A DNA stretch of 42,970 nt from Candidatus Woesearchaeota archaeon (GCA_018302505.1 JAGVZL010000011.1:1-42970); one strand, 5' to 3'. Shown: positions 24,191 to 34,088, counted from the stretch's first letter. Made by a program: numbers and translations. The notes: a model not told the origin generated them from the letters alone.

Positions 24191-27100
24191 AAAAACTATT
24201 CAGATCTACTTGGGTACTGCCTTCTAACAATTCATCTAAAGTAATATTAAAGAAAATTAAAACAGCATTAGCAATAGGTTTTATCTGCTTGTCAATATAA
24301 TGTTTATAATCTAATTTATGTTTCTGATTTTGAATAGGTTCAGGTCCGTCTTCAGTTATAACATACTCAATAACACTACCTTTGAAATTTTTAAGTTTTT
24401 TTGCCGCCTTAACATGTTGAGCATTCATAGCATAATCTTCTAAATTCTTTCTTATTTGTTTTCTATAAACTAAATCTTTGTCATGTCTTCCATCTTTTAC
24501 TTCTTCAATTAATTTTTTAATATAACTCTTAACTTCTTTTTTATGGAATAATCTATCTAATAATTCCATCTGGAATTTTTTTGCTAATTCAGTCCAGTCC
24601 CCCCTAATAGCTTCCATCCCAGTTATTTCAATTTTACCTTTAGAATTCAACCCTGCATATCTTTTTTTTGCACCAGTCTCGCTTCCTCTTACTCTAGGCA
24701 TTAAAAACCTGACAAAGCATTTTTCATATTCTAATTCTAGATGATTATTTCTATTATACTCTTTCTTAACATAACTCTCAAAGAATTTATTTAATTTAAT
24801 ATTTAATTCATTTCCAATTTTCTCCGCCTCTTCTAAATTTTCAGCTTTGCTTAAAACAAAAACCGAATCAGTATTGTGAAGTAGAATATTACCACAAGCA
24901 TCCACAAACGTCTTGTTTTTATCCACAGATAAGTCGTATAAATAATCTTCATAATGGATTTCTTCTATATTAGTTTTTATTCTCGAATTATTTTTATTTG
25001 AAGTTGTAATTGTATAATTACTCTTTTCTTTCCTATATCTGATACTATAATTAAATCTAAGCTGGGTTAATAATGTAGATAAATCCGAAGTTAAACCTAG
25101 TGAATTTGTGCAATAAGAAAAATGCTTTAATTTATATTGTTCAGAATATCTCTTATCCTTTGATTTTCTACTTCCATCTCCTTCAATCATTGTATCTAAT
25201 AAAATTTTTTTATACTTTTCATCTACATGGAACATAAAATAAGGAACTCTTTTTCCATTACTATTTTGTCCAGCCAGTGATTTAAAGAAAACAGCAGAAA
25301 GAATATTCATTAGTTGTAGTTTTTGTGTTTTATCAACATAACTAATATTTTTCTCTGTTTCACCATTAAAATATTTTAATTCTCTAATTTTTTTAGTAGA
25401 AACTATGATAGACACATCCACATTATCAAATAATTTATAATAATCTTCCTTTAGAGATTTTAACCAATTTACATTAGAAGAAGAAATTGAAGCACCCAAT
25501 CTAGATTTTGTTGTTTCCGGAGTTGAAGAAGACCCTTCTGCAATGTATGCTCCAACCAATCTGCATAAAGACTCAAATTCTTTTGATTTAATATCAATAA
25601 ATCTTTTTACCCTTACAGATTTTTTTCTATTTGTCCATCCGAACCACACCCATTTATCATCACAATGAGCCTTCGCAGTTTTTATCCTTCCTTTATAAGT
25701 AACTTTATAACTATAATTTTTTAAATATTCATAAATATCAATTTTAACTATTTTAGGTAAGTCTGGGATCTTAACAATTTTGAATAAGGGTCTTTTTTCA
25801 ATCTCCAAGGGCCTTACTTCTTTTAATTTATTATCTTCAAAAATAATTAATGAATGATCTTCTGAGCAGATTGTTTCTCCATATTTTTGATTTACTCTAA
25901 AAACTTTCTTATTTGTCTTATGTCTTATGATTTCATTAAGTTTAGAAAATTCAGGCTCAAGAGTTTCTTTATTTACTGTTAGAGCAAGAACATTCTCTTT
26001 TCTTAAGTCTATTCTTTCTTTTTTACCAATTATAACCTTCTTTGATATAAATTTTTTAAATAACTCTTCCATACTAATTATCAACAATTTTCCATTAACT
26101 ATCAATGTTGTGAACCGATCTTTGGTTATACTATCTGAATAAATAACTTCATAACCCTCCTCTTCAACTTTTTCAGCTGTTAATTTTATCATCTTCTGAC
26201 CAAAATGAGTAATTGCATTAGCAACGTCTAAAGAAAAAAATCTGCAATTAGCATTAGCCAAAACACCAAAAAAACTATTTAATAAAATTTTAATTGCATG
26301 TCTTTGTAATTCATTTTTCTCTTTTTTAGCCTTGTCTCTTGATTTTAATAATCTTTCAACTAAAACACCCATTACTCCATTTTGATTCTTAAAACAGGCT
26401 CCATTAGGTGCTTTAATTAAATTCTTACCATTGCAATTTTCAACATAACTAAGTGGATCAATATTAAATGTTCTCATCAAACTAGGATAAAGGCTTTTGA
26501 AATCTAAAACTAATAAATAATCATAAATCCCAGGTTTAGATTCCATAACATAACCGCCCTTAATTCTCTCCTCTTTTGGAGTATAGTGACCGGAATTAGC
26601 AACATAACCTCTCTTATTCAATTCCCTTAAATACAAAGAATCTAAAGAAGCAATGGAAGCATTTACCCTGTCTAATGGCATCCCTGTTAAGATGCTTCTT
26701 TCAATAGTCATCTCAATTATCTTAGTTTTTTTTAATATCTCTGTAACTAACCTTGCATCATTCAAATTATATTTAGCTAATTTTTTCTTATCTTCTCTAA
26801 ACAGCCTATCAATTTCTTCACCTTTGCCTTCTATATAAGAAATTAATTTACCTTCTTTTAAAATAGATTGAGCAGCATCTTCCAATTTATAACTATCCAA
26901 GTCGACAAAACTCATTCTTAATAACTGAATTCCATCCAAAACAACTCTTCCAGGAAAATCAGCTTTAGAATCCCTAAAAAAATCTTTCTCAATTCTAATT
27001 TTACATGTTTCGTTTGTTCTTCCCAAAACAAAAGAGATTCTATGTTCTTTAAATTTATTTTTCAAATATTCTAAATCAAAATCAATTAAATTCCATCCTG

Positions 27101-27707
27101 TTATAATATCTGGATCCTCTTCTAAAATTATCTTTTTGAATTCTTCCAACATCTCTTCTTCATCCATATCAATTAAAACTTTCTCAAATCCTTCAGAATA
27201 AATTGCAATGCTGTATAATTTTTTACCGTTTGAACTCGTTTCAATATCTACTGAAAATATTTTTAGATTATTAGGAAAATACTCTATTGGTTTTATCTCA
27301 GCGTCCCTGTAAATTCTGTTAATAAAATCACTTGTTTCATAGTCACCATCTATTTCAACACCCATCATTATTTCTTTATCCATTAAATACCGATAAGCAA
27401 ATCTAATATCTGCTTCATAGCATTCAATTCCGTCTTCCTCAAAACTTCTTCTTAAACCAGGAACATCTTTCGGAGTTTCTAGAATAACTCTTGATAATTT
27501 TTCATCATTGAAACTTTTGAAATCACTATTTTCAATCTTAAAATCCCCATTACCAGCTTTTTTAACATCTTTAGTTTTAATATAAAAATAAGGTTCATAG
27601 AAATTCATAACTAAAAAACTCTCTCCATTCTCTAATTTTCCAAACAAAAAAACATAACTTTTCCCATCTATTATCTTATAGCTTGGGTAAAGTATAAAAC
27701 CTTTCAT
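24183..27707 (-). CDS. polB: Family B DNA polymerase containing one intein
   Basis: The exonuclease motifs are FSVDIET, NLIDFDLEYL and YNLNDARL. The polymerase motifs are DFKSLYPSLM, KILLNSFFGV and a split motif C, VIYSD|...|TDSVFV. Confidence 0.9.
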   Translation of the reverse strand: MKGFILYPSYKIIDGKSYVFLFGKLENGESFLVMNFYEPYFYIKTKDVKKAGNGDFKIENSDFKSFNDEKLSRVILETPKDVPGLRRSFEEDGIECYEADIRFAYRYLMDKEIMMGVEIDGDYETSDFINRIYRDAEIKPIEYFPNNLKIFSVDIETSSNGKKLYSIAIYSEGFEKVLIDMDEEEMLEEFKKIILEEDPDIITGWNLIDFDLEYLKNKFKEHRISFVLGRTNETCKIRIEKDFFRDSKADFPGRVVLDGIQLLRMSFVDLDSYKLEDAAQSILKEGKLISYIEGKGEEIDRLFREDKKKLAKYNLNDARLVTEILKKTKIIEMTIERSILTGMPLDRVNASIASLDSLYLRELNKRGYVANSGHYTPKEERIKGGYVMESKPGIYDYLLVLDFKSLYPSLMRTFNIDPLSYVENCNGKNLIKAPNGACFKNQNGVMGVLVERLLKSRDKAKKEKNELQRHAIKILLNSFFGVLANANCRFFSLDVANAITHFGQKMIKLTAEKVEEEGYEVIYSDSITKDRFTTLIVNGKLLIISMEELFKKFISKKVIIGKKERIDLRKENVLALTVNKETLEPEFSKLNEIIRHKTNKKVFRVNQKYGETICSEDHSLIIFEDNKLKEVRPLEIEKRPLFKIVKIPDLPKIVKIDIYEYLKNYSYKVTYKGRIKTAKAHCDDKWVWFGWTNRKKSVRVKRFIDIKSKEFESLCRLVGAYIAEGSSSTPETTKSRLGASISSSNVNWLKSLKEDYYKLFDNVDVSIIVSTKKIRELKYFNGETEKNISYVDKTQKLQLMNILSAVFFKSLAGQNSNGKRVPYFMFHVDEKYKKILLDTMIEGDGSRKSKDKRYSEQYKLKHFSYCTNSLGLTSDLSTLLTQLRFNYSIRYRKEKSNYTITTSNKNNSRIKTNIEEIHYEDYLYDLSVDKNKTFVDACGNILLHNTDSVFVLSKAENLEEAEKIGNELNIKLNKFFESYVKKEYNRNNHLELEYEKCFVRFLMPRVRGSETGAKKRYAGLNSKGKIEITGMEAIRGDWTELAKKFQMELLDRLFHKKEVKSYIKKLIEEVKDGRHDKDLVYRKQIRKNLEDYAMNAQHVKAAKKLKNFKGSVIEYVITEDGPEPIQNQKHKLDYKHYIDKQIKPIANAVLIFFNITLDELLEGSTQVDLNSFSK
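24873..26132 (-). mobile_element. 420-aa intein with LAGLIDADG endonuclease domain in polB motif C (pol-c type site)
   Basis: It starts with Ser (SITKDRF...) after YSD and ends ...FVDACGNILLHN before TDSVFV. Block B is CSEDHSLI. The LAGLIDADG blocks are LVGAYIAEGSS and LLDTMIEGDGS. Excision restores YSDTDS. Confidence 0.85.
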
Positions 27708-27729
27708 ATATTCTAGTTTAGATAAATAC

Positions 27730-27738
27730 TTTTAAATA
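27730..27738. promoter_or_regulatory. Shared TATA-like box exactly midway between polB and map
   Basis: TTTTAAATA is centred at 27734. The ATGs at 27707 (polB, minus) and 27761 (map, plus) are each 27 nt away. Confidence 0.45.
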
Positions 27739-27760
27739 TCTTATTCTTTAATTTAAGACT

Positions 27761-28633
27761 ATGACTTATGAAAAAGCGGGAAAAATAGCCGCAGAAACCC
27801 TGCAATTTGGCAGAAAACTGGTCCAGGAAGGCGTTTTATTATCAGATGTAACTAGGCAGGTAGAGGATAAAATAAAGGCTTTAAATGCAAAACCCGCTTT
27901 CCCGCCTCAGATCTCAATAAATAATATAGCAGCTCATTATTATCCGGATGAGGATGATGAATTAAAGTTTGAAAGGGGAGATCTAGTTAAGTTAGATTTA
28001 GGAGTTCATATTGATGGTTATATCGCGGATAATGCAGTTACAATTAATTTAGGCGGTGATGAAAATTTAAGTTTAATAAAAGCCAGCAAAGATGCATTAA
28101 GGGAAATTTTGCCAATGTTTAAACCAGGCACAACTTTAGGGGAAATAGGCAGAGTAGTTGAAGAAATTATCAATGGTTATGGGTTTAGTCCGATTAAAAA
28201 TTTATCTGGACATGAAATAAAACCCTATCAATTACATGCCGGTTTAACAGTTCCGAATTTCGATAATGGAGACAAAACAGAATTGCAGGATGGGCAGGTT
28301 TTTGCAGTCGAGCCTTTTGCAACAACCGGAAATGGTTATGTCAAAGATGGGAGACCTTCAGGAATTTATAGATTAGTTGATTCAAGAAATGTTCGTTCTG
28401 GCAGAGAAGTCTTACAGTTTATTATGGATGAATATCAAACCCTGCCTTTCCACAGAAGATGGGTCTTAAGAAAATTTGGAGAATTTAAGACGAATTTTGC
28501 TTTAAGAATTTTAGAACATGAAGAACTCCTTCACTCATACGCTCAATTAATGGAAAGGTCAAATGGTATAGTTTCCCAGGCAGAGCATACAGTAATAGTT
28601 AAAGATAAACCTATAATAACAACTAAGATTTAA
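27761..28633 (+). CDS. map: Methionine aminopeptidase, type 2 (archaeal)
   Basis: The sequence reads KAGKIAAE...[16 protein letters not shown]...[22 protein letters not shown]...LSGHEI...EPFATTG...AQAEHTV. Confidence 0.85.
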   Translation: MTYEKAGKIAAETLQFGRKLVQEGVLLSDVTRQVEDKIKALNAKPAFPPQISINNIAAHYYPDEDDELKFERGDLVKLDLGVHIDGYIADNAVTINLGGDENLSLIKASKDALREILPMFKPGTTLGEIGRVVEEIINGYGFSPIKNLSGHEIKPYQLHAGLTVPNFDNGDKTELQDGQVFAVEPFATTGNGYVKDGRPSGIYRLVDSRNVRSGREVLQFIMDEYQTLPFHRRWVLRKFGEFKTNFALRILEHEELLHSYAQLMERSNGIVSQAEHTVIVKDKPIITTKI

Positions 28634-31065
28634 CCAAAATAGTTCGGTGCCTCCTTCTTAATCGCGGCGCCTCTAGAAGTTTTCAAATATTCTTCTTCAA
28701 TTTTTTTATAAGTTTCTAAATCGTTTTCACTAACACTGGGTTTTACTTTTTTCATAGCTTCTTCAAAATGCCTCATTGTAACTTTATCTGCTTTGATACT
28801 CTCTCTCAACGCTAAAATAGCAGCTTCCCTGCATAAGTTTTCAATATCAGCACCTGTAAAATCTTTTAATTCTTTGGCAATGTGATATAAGAATTTATCT
28901 TTATCATTCAATTCTCTAAATTTATCTTTATTCTTTTTTAACTCTTTAGGATTTATTGATTCATCTCCCACCATTTTTGAGAGGGTTTTATTATCTTCGT
29001 AAATACTGCCATCACTATATTTTTTTTCTAATTCTTTTATTGTTTCCTTGTTAATTTCTAATGGCATATCTTTAGTATGAATCTTTAAAATATTCAATCT
29101 GGCTTTTTCATCAGGAACATTAATCATTATAGTCCTGTCAAACCTTCCAGGTCTTAATAAAGCCGGGTCAATCATATCAGGTCTGTTTGTAGCTGCAATA
29201 ACAACAACATCATTTAACTCTTCAAGTCCATCAATTTCACCTAACATAGTATTAACAATTCTCTCGGTTACTTTATTGCTGTCAGTTCCCCTTCTAGGAG
29301 CAATAGAATCTACCTCATCAAAGAAAACAATAGTAGGAGCCGTTTGTCTCGCTTTCTCAAATATTTTTCTTACCCCTTTCTCTGACTCTCCAACATATTT
29401 ATTCAATAATTCAGGACCTTTAACTAAGATAAAATTACTTTGACTTTCATTAGCAACAGCTTTAGCTAATAATGTCTTCCCGGTACCTGGAGGACCATAT
29501 AATAAAATTCCTCTAGGGGGTTTAATCCCTAATCTTTTAAATGCATTAGGATGTTTTAAAGGCCATTCAACACTTTCTTTCAAATCTCTTTTAGTATCAT
29601 CTAATCCACCTACATCTTCCCATCTAATATTCGGAATTTCAACTAAGATTTCCCTCATAGCACTTGGTCTTACAATTTTTAAAGATGCTTGAAAATCTTT
29701 AGCAGTAATAATTAATTTTTCTAATAATTCCTCAGGAATAGGATCTTTTTCTCTTAATTTAAAATCCGGCAGCAATCTCCTTAAAACATTCATAGCAGCT
29801 TCTTTAGCCAAAGCATTCAAATCTGCACCGACAAAACCATAAGTAATATCTGCAATATCTTTTAATTTAACATCATCAGTTAACGGCATATTTCTTGTAT
29901 GAATCTTTAAAATATTCAACCTTCCTTTTTTGTCTGGAACACCAAAACTAATCTCCCTGTCAAATCTTCCAGGTCTTCTTAAAGCGGGATCAATAGCATT
30001 TGGTCTGTTAGTTGCAGCAATAACAACAACCCTTCCTCTATTCTTCAATCCATCCATCAAAGCTAATAATTGTGCAACAACTCTTCTTTCCAATTCACCA
30101 TGAACTTCTTCCCTTTGCGGGGCAATAGCATCGATTTCATCAATGAAGATAATACTAGGAGAATTTTTATCAGCTTCTTCAAATACATCGCGAAGCCTTT
30201 TTTCCGACTCGCCGTAAAATTTATTCATAATTTCAGGACCATTAATCAAAATAAAATTAGCTTCACTTTCATTCGCAACAGCTTTAGCTAACAATGTCTT
30301 CCCAGTACCAGGCGGACCATGTAATAAAACTCCAGCCGGAGGTTCAATTCCCAATCTCTTAAATATTTCAGGATGTCTTAATGGCAATTCAACCATTTCT
30401 CTTATCTTGACAACTTCTTCATCCAATCCGCCAATATCCTCATAACTAACATCTGGAAAAGATTCTTCAACAACATCTACAGCTTTAGGACTAACTTTAA
30501 TTTCAGTACTATCCGTAATAATAACAGCCTCTTTTGGATTGCTGTCTGTAATAATAAATTTCAAAGAACTTAAACCAAAGTTCCCCATAAAATCTTCCCC
30601 GAATACATTAAAAATATCATCAAATAAAGGACTTTCACTCATAGTCCTTCTCCTTCTCCTTGTCCCGCCTAAAGCAACTATATCTCCCTTAACAACAGCC
30701 CTTCCTAGTAATCCTCTTTTGAAAACCTCAGGATGAGCTTGAATCATAACTCCCTTTTGCGCAGGAGCAATATTAACACTTTTAGCTTCTTTAATCTCTG
30801 CAGCTCTAACTTTAACTGTCTCCCCTATTCCGGTTTTAGCATTCCTTCTTACAATTCCATCCATTCTAATAACTGCCTGACCGACATCACTAGGATAAGC
30901 CCTGTCAACAATAGCCACAGTCTTTCTGCTTCCCTCTATCTCAACAATATCTCCCGGTCTAGCTCCGATATGACTCATCGTCCCAGAATCTATTCTGACT
31001 ATGCCTTTATACGCTTCTTCCTGCAAGGCTTCCATAACTTTTAGTTGAGCTTCCCCAGTTTGCAT
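28630..31065 (-). CDS. cdc48: Cdc48/VCP-like AAA+ ATPase (N domain plus D1 and D2)
   Basis: It has two Walker A sites, [20 protein letters not shown] and [20 protein letters not shown]. The Walker B sites are [10 protein letters not shown] and [10 protein letters not shown], with SRH motifs [20 protein letters not shown] and [20 protein letters not shown]. Confidence 0.9.
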   Translation of the reverse strand: MQTGEAQLKVMEALQEEAYKGIVRIDSGTMSHIGARPGDIVEIEGSRKTVAIVDRAYPSDVGQAVIRMDGIVRRNAKTGIGETVKVRAAEIKEAKSVNIAPAQKGVMIQAHPEVFKRGLLGRAVVKGDIVALGGTRRRRRTMSESPLFDDIFNVFGEDFMGNFGLSSLKFIITDSNPKEAVIITDSTEIKVSPKAVDVVEESFPDVSYEDIGGLDEEVVKIREMVELPLRHPEIFKRLGIEPPAGVLLHGPPGTGKTLLAKAVANESEANFILINGPEIMNKFYGESEKRLRDVFEEADKNSPSIIFIDEIDAIAPQREEVHGELERRVVAQLLALMDGLKNRGRVVVIAATNRPNAIDPALRRPGRFDREISFGVPDKKGRLNILKIHTRNMPLTDDVKLKDIADITYGFVGADLNALAKEAAMNVLRRLLPDFKLREKDPIPEELLEKLIITAKDFQASLKIVRPSAMREILVEIPNIRWEDVGGLDDTKRDLKESVEWPLKHPNAFKRLGIKPPRGILLYGPPGTGKTLLAKAVANESQSNFILVKGPELLNKYVGESEKGVRKIFEKARQTAPTIVFFDEVDSIAPRRGTDSNKVTERIVNTMLGEIDGLEELNDVVVIAATNRPDMIDPALLRPGRFDRTIMINVPDEKARLNILKIHTKDMPLEINKETIKELEKKYSDGSIYEDNKTLSKMVGDESINPKELKKNKDKFRELNDKDKFLYHIAKELKDFTGADIENLCREAAILALRESIKADKVTMRHFEEAMKKVKPSVSENDLETYKKIEEEYLKTSRGAAIKKEAPNYFG

Positions 31066-31071
31066 TTTATT

Positions 31072-31203
31072 TTACTCCTTAATTAGTATTATTTTAATCT
31101 TCCTATTAGCCCAACTCTTAGGAACACTCACTCTAGTGCAAGTTGGATAAGACTTAACTTCTCTTTCTATCATCTCAATAGCTTCTTCAATTATTATTCT
31201 CAT
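31072..31203 (-). CDS. Possible 43-aa SpoVT/AbrB-like (DUF2080-like) small protein upstream of cdc48
   Basis: The ORF reads MRIIIEEAIEMIEREVKSYPTCTRVSVPKSWANRKIKIILIKE, and the RVSVPKSW..RKIKI segment resembles a swapped-hairpin strand pair. Its stop is 6 nt before the cdc48 ATG. The ORF is short, so this is tentative. Confidence 0.3.
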   Translation of the reverse strand: MRIIIEEAIEMIEREVKSYPTCTRVSVPKSWANRKIKIILIKE

Positions 31204-31278
31204 AATACCTAAAATAGGTATAATAAAGGTATTTAAAATTTACGGTTTTTTAAAAATAAATAAAAGAAACAATTAGAA

Positions 31279-31767
31279 TTAACTAGTCCTTGATTTAGTC
31301 TGCCCAGTTTTCTCAGTTATTACTTCCTCTTGTTTCCTATGAGCATGTTTTTTCTCTTCTATACCGCTCTCTTTTACTCTTTCTTTCTTTTCAGGGATAT
31401 TAGTTATAGCTTTCTTAGTATCTTCTTTTCCTTCATCTTTAATCTCTTCAGCTATTTTTCCTATATCCACTTTAGGTTTTTTGATTTCTTCTTTCTCAAC
31501 TTTTTTAACTTCTCTTGGAGCATCAATCAATTCAGCAATTACAAAATCTTTTCCATCTTCAACTCTAACCTTTATTTTTCCAGGAGGATGTTTTCTACCA
31601 TCTTTCCACAATTCTAAATTTAAATATTTTCCAATCTTAACTTCTTTTTTCGTATGTTTTTCTAAAAATTTTCTTAAGACAACAACAGCCTTTCTAGTTC
31701 TATCATAATTAGGAGCTTTCAAAAATCCTTTTCTTAAAGGAACCGTGTATATTCTTTCATCTGCCAT
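31279..31767 (-). CDS. rpl31e: Ribosomal protein L31e with a ~80-aa Lys/Glu-rich C-terminal extension
   Basis: The sequence is ERIYTVPLRKGFLKAPNYDRTRKAVVVLRKFLEKHTK...LNLELWKDGRKHPPGKIKVRV. Confidence 0.85.
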   Translation of the reverse strand: MADERIYTVPLRKGFLKAPNYDRTRKAVVVLRKFLEKHTKKEVKIGKYLNLELWKDGRKHPPGKIKVRVEDGKDFVIAELIDAPREVKKVEKEEIKKPKVDIGKIAEEIKDEGKEDTKKAITNIPEKKERVKESGIEEKKHAHRKQEEVITEKTGQTKSRTS

Positions 31768-31768
31768 T

Positions 31769-31942
31769 TTACGCTTTAATATTGCTGCTTCTCCATCTTC
31801 TTTTTACTGTAGTATGCCTGCCAGGATGTACTCTCTTCCCAACACCATATTTTTTAGGCACTGTCCAGAAAGGAGCCCATCTAGTTTGAGTTCCAGCTTT
31901 AATCAGCCTTACTTTTTTCCCCCTCGGCTTCCTACTCGCCAT
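31769..31942 (-). CDS. rpl39e: Ribosomal protein L39e
   Basis: The sequence is MASRKPRGKKVRLIKAGTQTRWAPFWTVPKKYGVGKRVHPGRHTTVKRRWRSSNIKA. I prefer the start at 31942, which has GGAGG upstream, over the track start at 31966. Confidence 0.8.
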   Translation of the reverse strand: MASRKPRGKKVRLIKAGTQTRWAPFWTVPKKYGVGKRVHPGRHTTVKRRWRSSNIKA

Positions 31943-32102
31943 CTTCAGCCTCCATGATTGTGTCACTCAAATCTTCAGAAACACCATGAAAAAGTCTTCC
32001 ATAATTAGTGCTAACATAATCATAAGCCAAAACAAAAGGCATATACAAAACTCCTAAACCACTAACAGCAGTTAATATATCCTTTAAATTTAAATCTGTC
32101 AT
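31932..32102 (-). CDS. Possible 56-aa single-TM protein between rps19e and rpl39e
   Basis: The ORF reads MTDLNLKDILTAVSGLGVLYMPFVLAYDYVSTNYGRLFHGVSEDLSDTIMEAEDGE. It starts 5 nt after the rps19e stop and overlaps the rpl39e start by 11 nt. It is not in the track (<60 aa). Confidence 0.3.
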   Translation of the reverse strand: MTDLNLKDILTAVSGLGVLYMPFVLAYDYVSTNYGRLFHGVSEDLSDTIMEAEDGE

Positions 32103-32106
32103 TTTC

Positions 32107-32595
32107 TTAATTATTCTTTTTTAAAGAAGGCTCCTTAATAACTTCAACTCTTTTAACTTCTTTTTTTATCTCCCCGCCAAGATTTTTAGCAGCCTGATTT
32201 AGTAATTTTTCTCCTTTGCCTGTAACTATCCTTCCTTTATGAACTCCCTTTTCAACATATTTTAATAACTCCGCTTTTTCTAATTGTTGTAATATTTTTC
32301 TTAGAATATTTCCACTGCCAACATACACTCTTTCAGGTTTATGCCCCCTGTTTTTCTTAGCACTATATTTCTTTCTTAATTTACTTACCCCAATAGGTCC
32401 GCTTAAGTAAACTTTCCTCATAACACTAGCAGCTCTTGTATGCCACCAGTCTTTCTCTACAGGAGGTCTCTCTTTTCCAGCACCAGTTTTAGCAAATTTA
32501 GCCCATTCAGGAGCTACAATATTCTCTATCTTTTTCAATTCTTCAGCTAATTTTTCAATTAACTTCCCAGGATCAACATCATATGGAGTAACCAT
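32107..32595 (-). CDS. rps19e: Ribosomal protein S19e
   Basis: The sequence is VTPYDVDPGKLIEKLAEELKK...PEWAKFAKTGAGKERPPVEKDWWHTRAASVMRKVY..GPIGVSKLRKKY, with a GAGGA SD upstream. Confidence 0.85.
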   Translation of the reverse strand: MVTPYDVDPGKLIEKLAEELKKIENIVAPEWAKFAKTGAGKERPPVEKDWWHTRAASVMRKVYLSGPIGVSKLRKKYSAKKNRGHKPERVYVGSGNILRKILQQLEKAELLKYVEKGVHKGRIVTGKGEKLLNQAAKNLGGEIKKEVKRVEVIKEPSLKKNN

Positions 32596-32653
32596 TTTTT
32601 TATCCTCACGGATTATAACCTGTTATTAAATAACATTAACAATTTTAACAAAA

Positions 32654-33370
32654 TTAGTCTCTTTTAAAGCTTTCTATATCCTGTTTTTCAACTAAGATTA
32701 AGTTTCTTTTTCCATTAACGCCAAACGTCCCAGTATTCATATTTTTATTTTTATGTATCTGATCACCTTTAACATACATCACTTCTATATCTTTTTTACA
32801 ATTTTTCCATTCTTTGCTAAATGCAGCAGTAACTAAAGCAGTAAATTGGATTAATTTTTCATCTCCTCCCTTAATTAGAAAAAAGGGACTGCCTCTAGCT
32901 TCTGTATGAAATACTAAGTCTTCTTTATCTAAATAGTTTTTTAATAAATCCTCATTAGAACTTCTGCTTTTCCCTCCAACAATTAATGTATCTTCTTTAA
33001 TAAAATACCTAAAATTCTCAAACCATTTTTTATTAGTTATTTTTTTCTTTATAAAATTAAAAATAGTCTCTTTTTGTTTTTCATTCTCAACTTCTAATTT
33101 CAGAAAATCATATTTTTCTCTTGGTAATTTCTCTAATTGTTCTAAATGCCAGCTCCCAGTATATTTTATAACGTGTTCATAATGTCTTCTAAATTTTTTC
33201 TTAGCCATACCACCAGCATTTGTTTTTTTCACAACTCTCTCTTTATTTAGAATTAATTTCCTTTTTCCTTTAATAACCTCAACAGCCTTTAATCTTCTAG
33301 TATCTGCTTTGATATATAGTAAACTATCATAATCTTCTATTTCTTCTTTAGAAAATTCTTTATGTTTCAT
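32654..33370 (-). CDS. NFACT-R_1 (DUF814) domain protein
   Basis: IVGGKSRSSNEDLLKNYLDKEDLVFHTEARGSPFFLIKGG matches the GrN..qNd.L......D.w.Ha....GSHvvik pattern. Confidence 0.55.
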   Translation of the reverse strand: MKHKEFSKEEIEDYDSLLYIKADTRRLKAVEVIKGKRKLILNKERVVKKTNAGGMAKKKFRRHYEHVIKYTGSWHLEQLEKLPREKYDFLKLEVENEKQKETIFNFIKKKITNKKWFENFRYFIKEDTLIVGGKSRSSNEDLLKNYLDKEDLVFHTEARGSPFFLIKGGDEKLIQFTALVTAAFSKEWKNCKKDIEVMYVKGDQIHKNKNMNTGTFGVNGKRNLILVEKQDIESFKRD

Positions 33371-33410
33371 TTAATAAACTAAAATAAAAAGAATATATAA
33401 AATTAAGTAA

Positions 33411-33929
33411 TTATCGTATTTGAATAGCTATTGCTTCAGAAGTATAAGATATATCTGGATTTGGAGTTGTATCAACAACATCAATTCTAACAATACCTCC
33501 TTCAGTACAATCCTTGGTTAATATTCCTCCACCAATTTCTGTAGTTCCACCACCAGGAATAACAATACCAGTAGCTATTTTTTCACTAGTTGCAGGAACA
33601 CCAGTTATACAATTTGCAGGAGTACCACCTATTATTGTTGCAGTAGCATCAAGTGTTATTGGTGTAGTGCCAGTATTTCTTAAGTTAACCCTATACCTCT
33701 TAGCATCATCACTTTCCATTATCATTACAGCAGGAGTACCTATCTTTCCTGTAAAACCAACTTCACCAAAAATTGTTTCAGCATTCTCTAAAGCCGCTTC
33801 AGTAATTGTCCCAACTTGTGTAAATGTACCTCTAACCCAAGTTAAACCTAAAGCTAGAACAGCAACACCTATAATAATAACCATGATAGTAGTCATAGAA
33901 AATTCAATTGCACCTTTCTTATCCATCAT
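33411..33929 (-). CDS. Archaeal type IV pilin-like protein (class III signal peptide)
   Basis: MMDKKGAIEFSMTTIMVIIIGVAVLALGLTW shows a KKG|A prepilin-peptidase site followed by a hydrophobic helix. The remainder is Thr/Gly-rich. AAGGTGA SD lies upstream. Confidence 0.65.
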   Translation of the reverse strand: MMDKKGAIEFSMTTIMVIIIGVAVLALGLTWVRGTFTQVGTITEAALENAETIFGEVGFTGKIGTPAVMIMESDDAKRYRVNLRNTGTTPITLDATATIIGGTPANCITGVPATSEKIATGIVIPGGGTTEIGGGILTKDCTEGGIVRIDVVDTTPNPDISYTSEAIAIQIR

Positions 33930-33988
33930 ATCACCTTTTATTTTACTAATCTTATCTTCTTTATAAAAGTTTCTATAGATTTAAAACT

Positions 33989-34062
33989 TGGGACGGGGGG
34001 GATTTGAACCCCCGACATCACGAGCTTCAGTCGTGCACTCTCCCGAGCTGAGTTACCATCCC
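33989..34062 (-). tRNA. tRNA-Phe (anticodon GAA), no encoded CCA
   Basis: The manual cloverleaf is GGGATGG TA ACTC AGCTCGGGA GAGT G CACGA CTGAAGC TCGTG ATGTC GGGGG TTCAAAT CCCCC CCGTCCC A. All stems pair, with one G-U in the acceptor stem. Confidence 0.9.
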
Positions 34063-34088
34063 GTAATTAAAAATAAACCTTTGGAGCA

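Noticed and set aside
28630-31065. Identical 23-nt strings GTATGAATCTTTAAAATATTCAA at 29075-29097 and 29897-29919, plus other near-repeats inside cdc48
   Set aside because: The D1/D2 AAA domain duplication explains them. Both copies encode LNILKIHT with the same codons, so this is not an independent repeat element.
31330-31957. Plus-strand track ORFs antisense to rpl31e/rpl39e (31330..31617, 31481..31708, 31745..31957). The same applies to antisense ORFs elsewhere: 987..1187, 4722..4925, 5170..5430, 11915..12286, 16087..16338, 16369..16725, 16825..17067, 17782..17985, 18040..18225, 18533..18796, 25927..26142, 26653..26838, 30070..30291, 30539..31044, 36560..36823, 37094..37285, 37386..37613, 37682..37870, 37923..38126, 39023..39509, 39727..39990, 40709..40900, 41207..41425 and 41679..41885.
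   Set aside because: These are shadow ORFs on the strand opposite clearly recognisable genes. Their translations are low-complexity (Phe/Ser/Leu/Ile-rich), as expected from antisense reading of AT-rich coding sequence.
33514-33966. 150-aa plus-strand ORF overlapping the pilin gene
   Set aside because: It is antisense to a gene with a convincing class-III signal peptide and SD site. Its openness is explained by the Thr/Gly/Ile/Pro-rich codon composition of the pilin.
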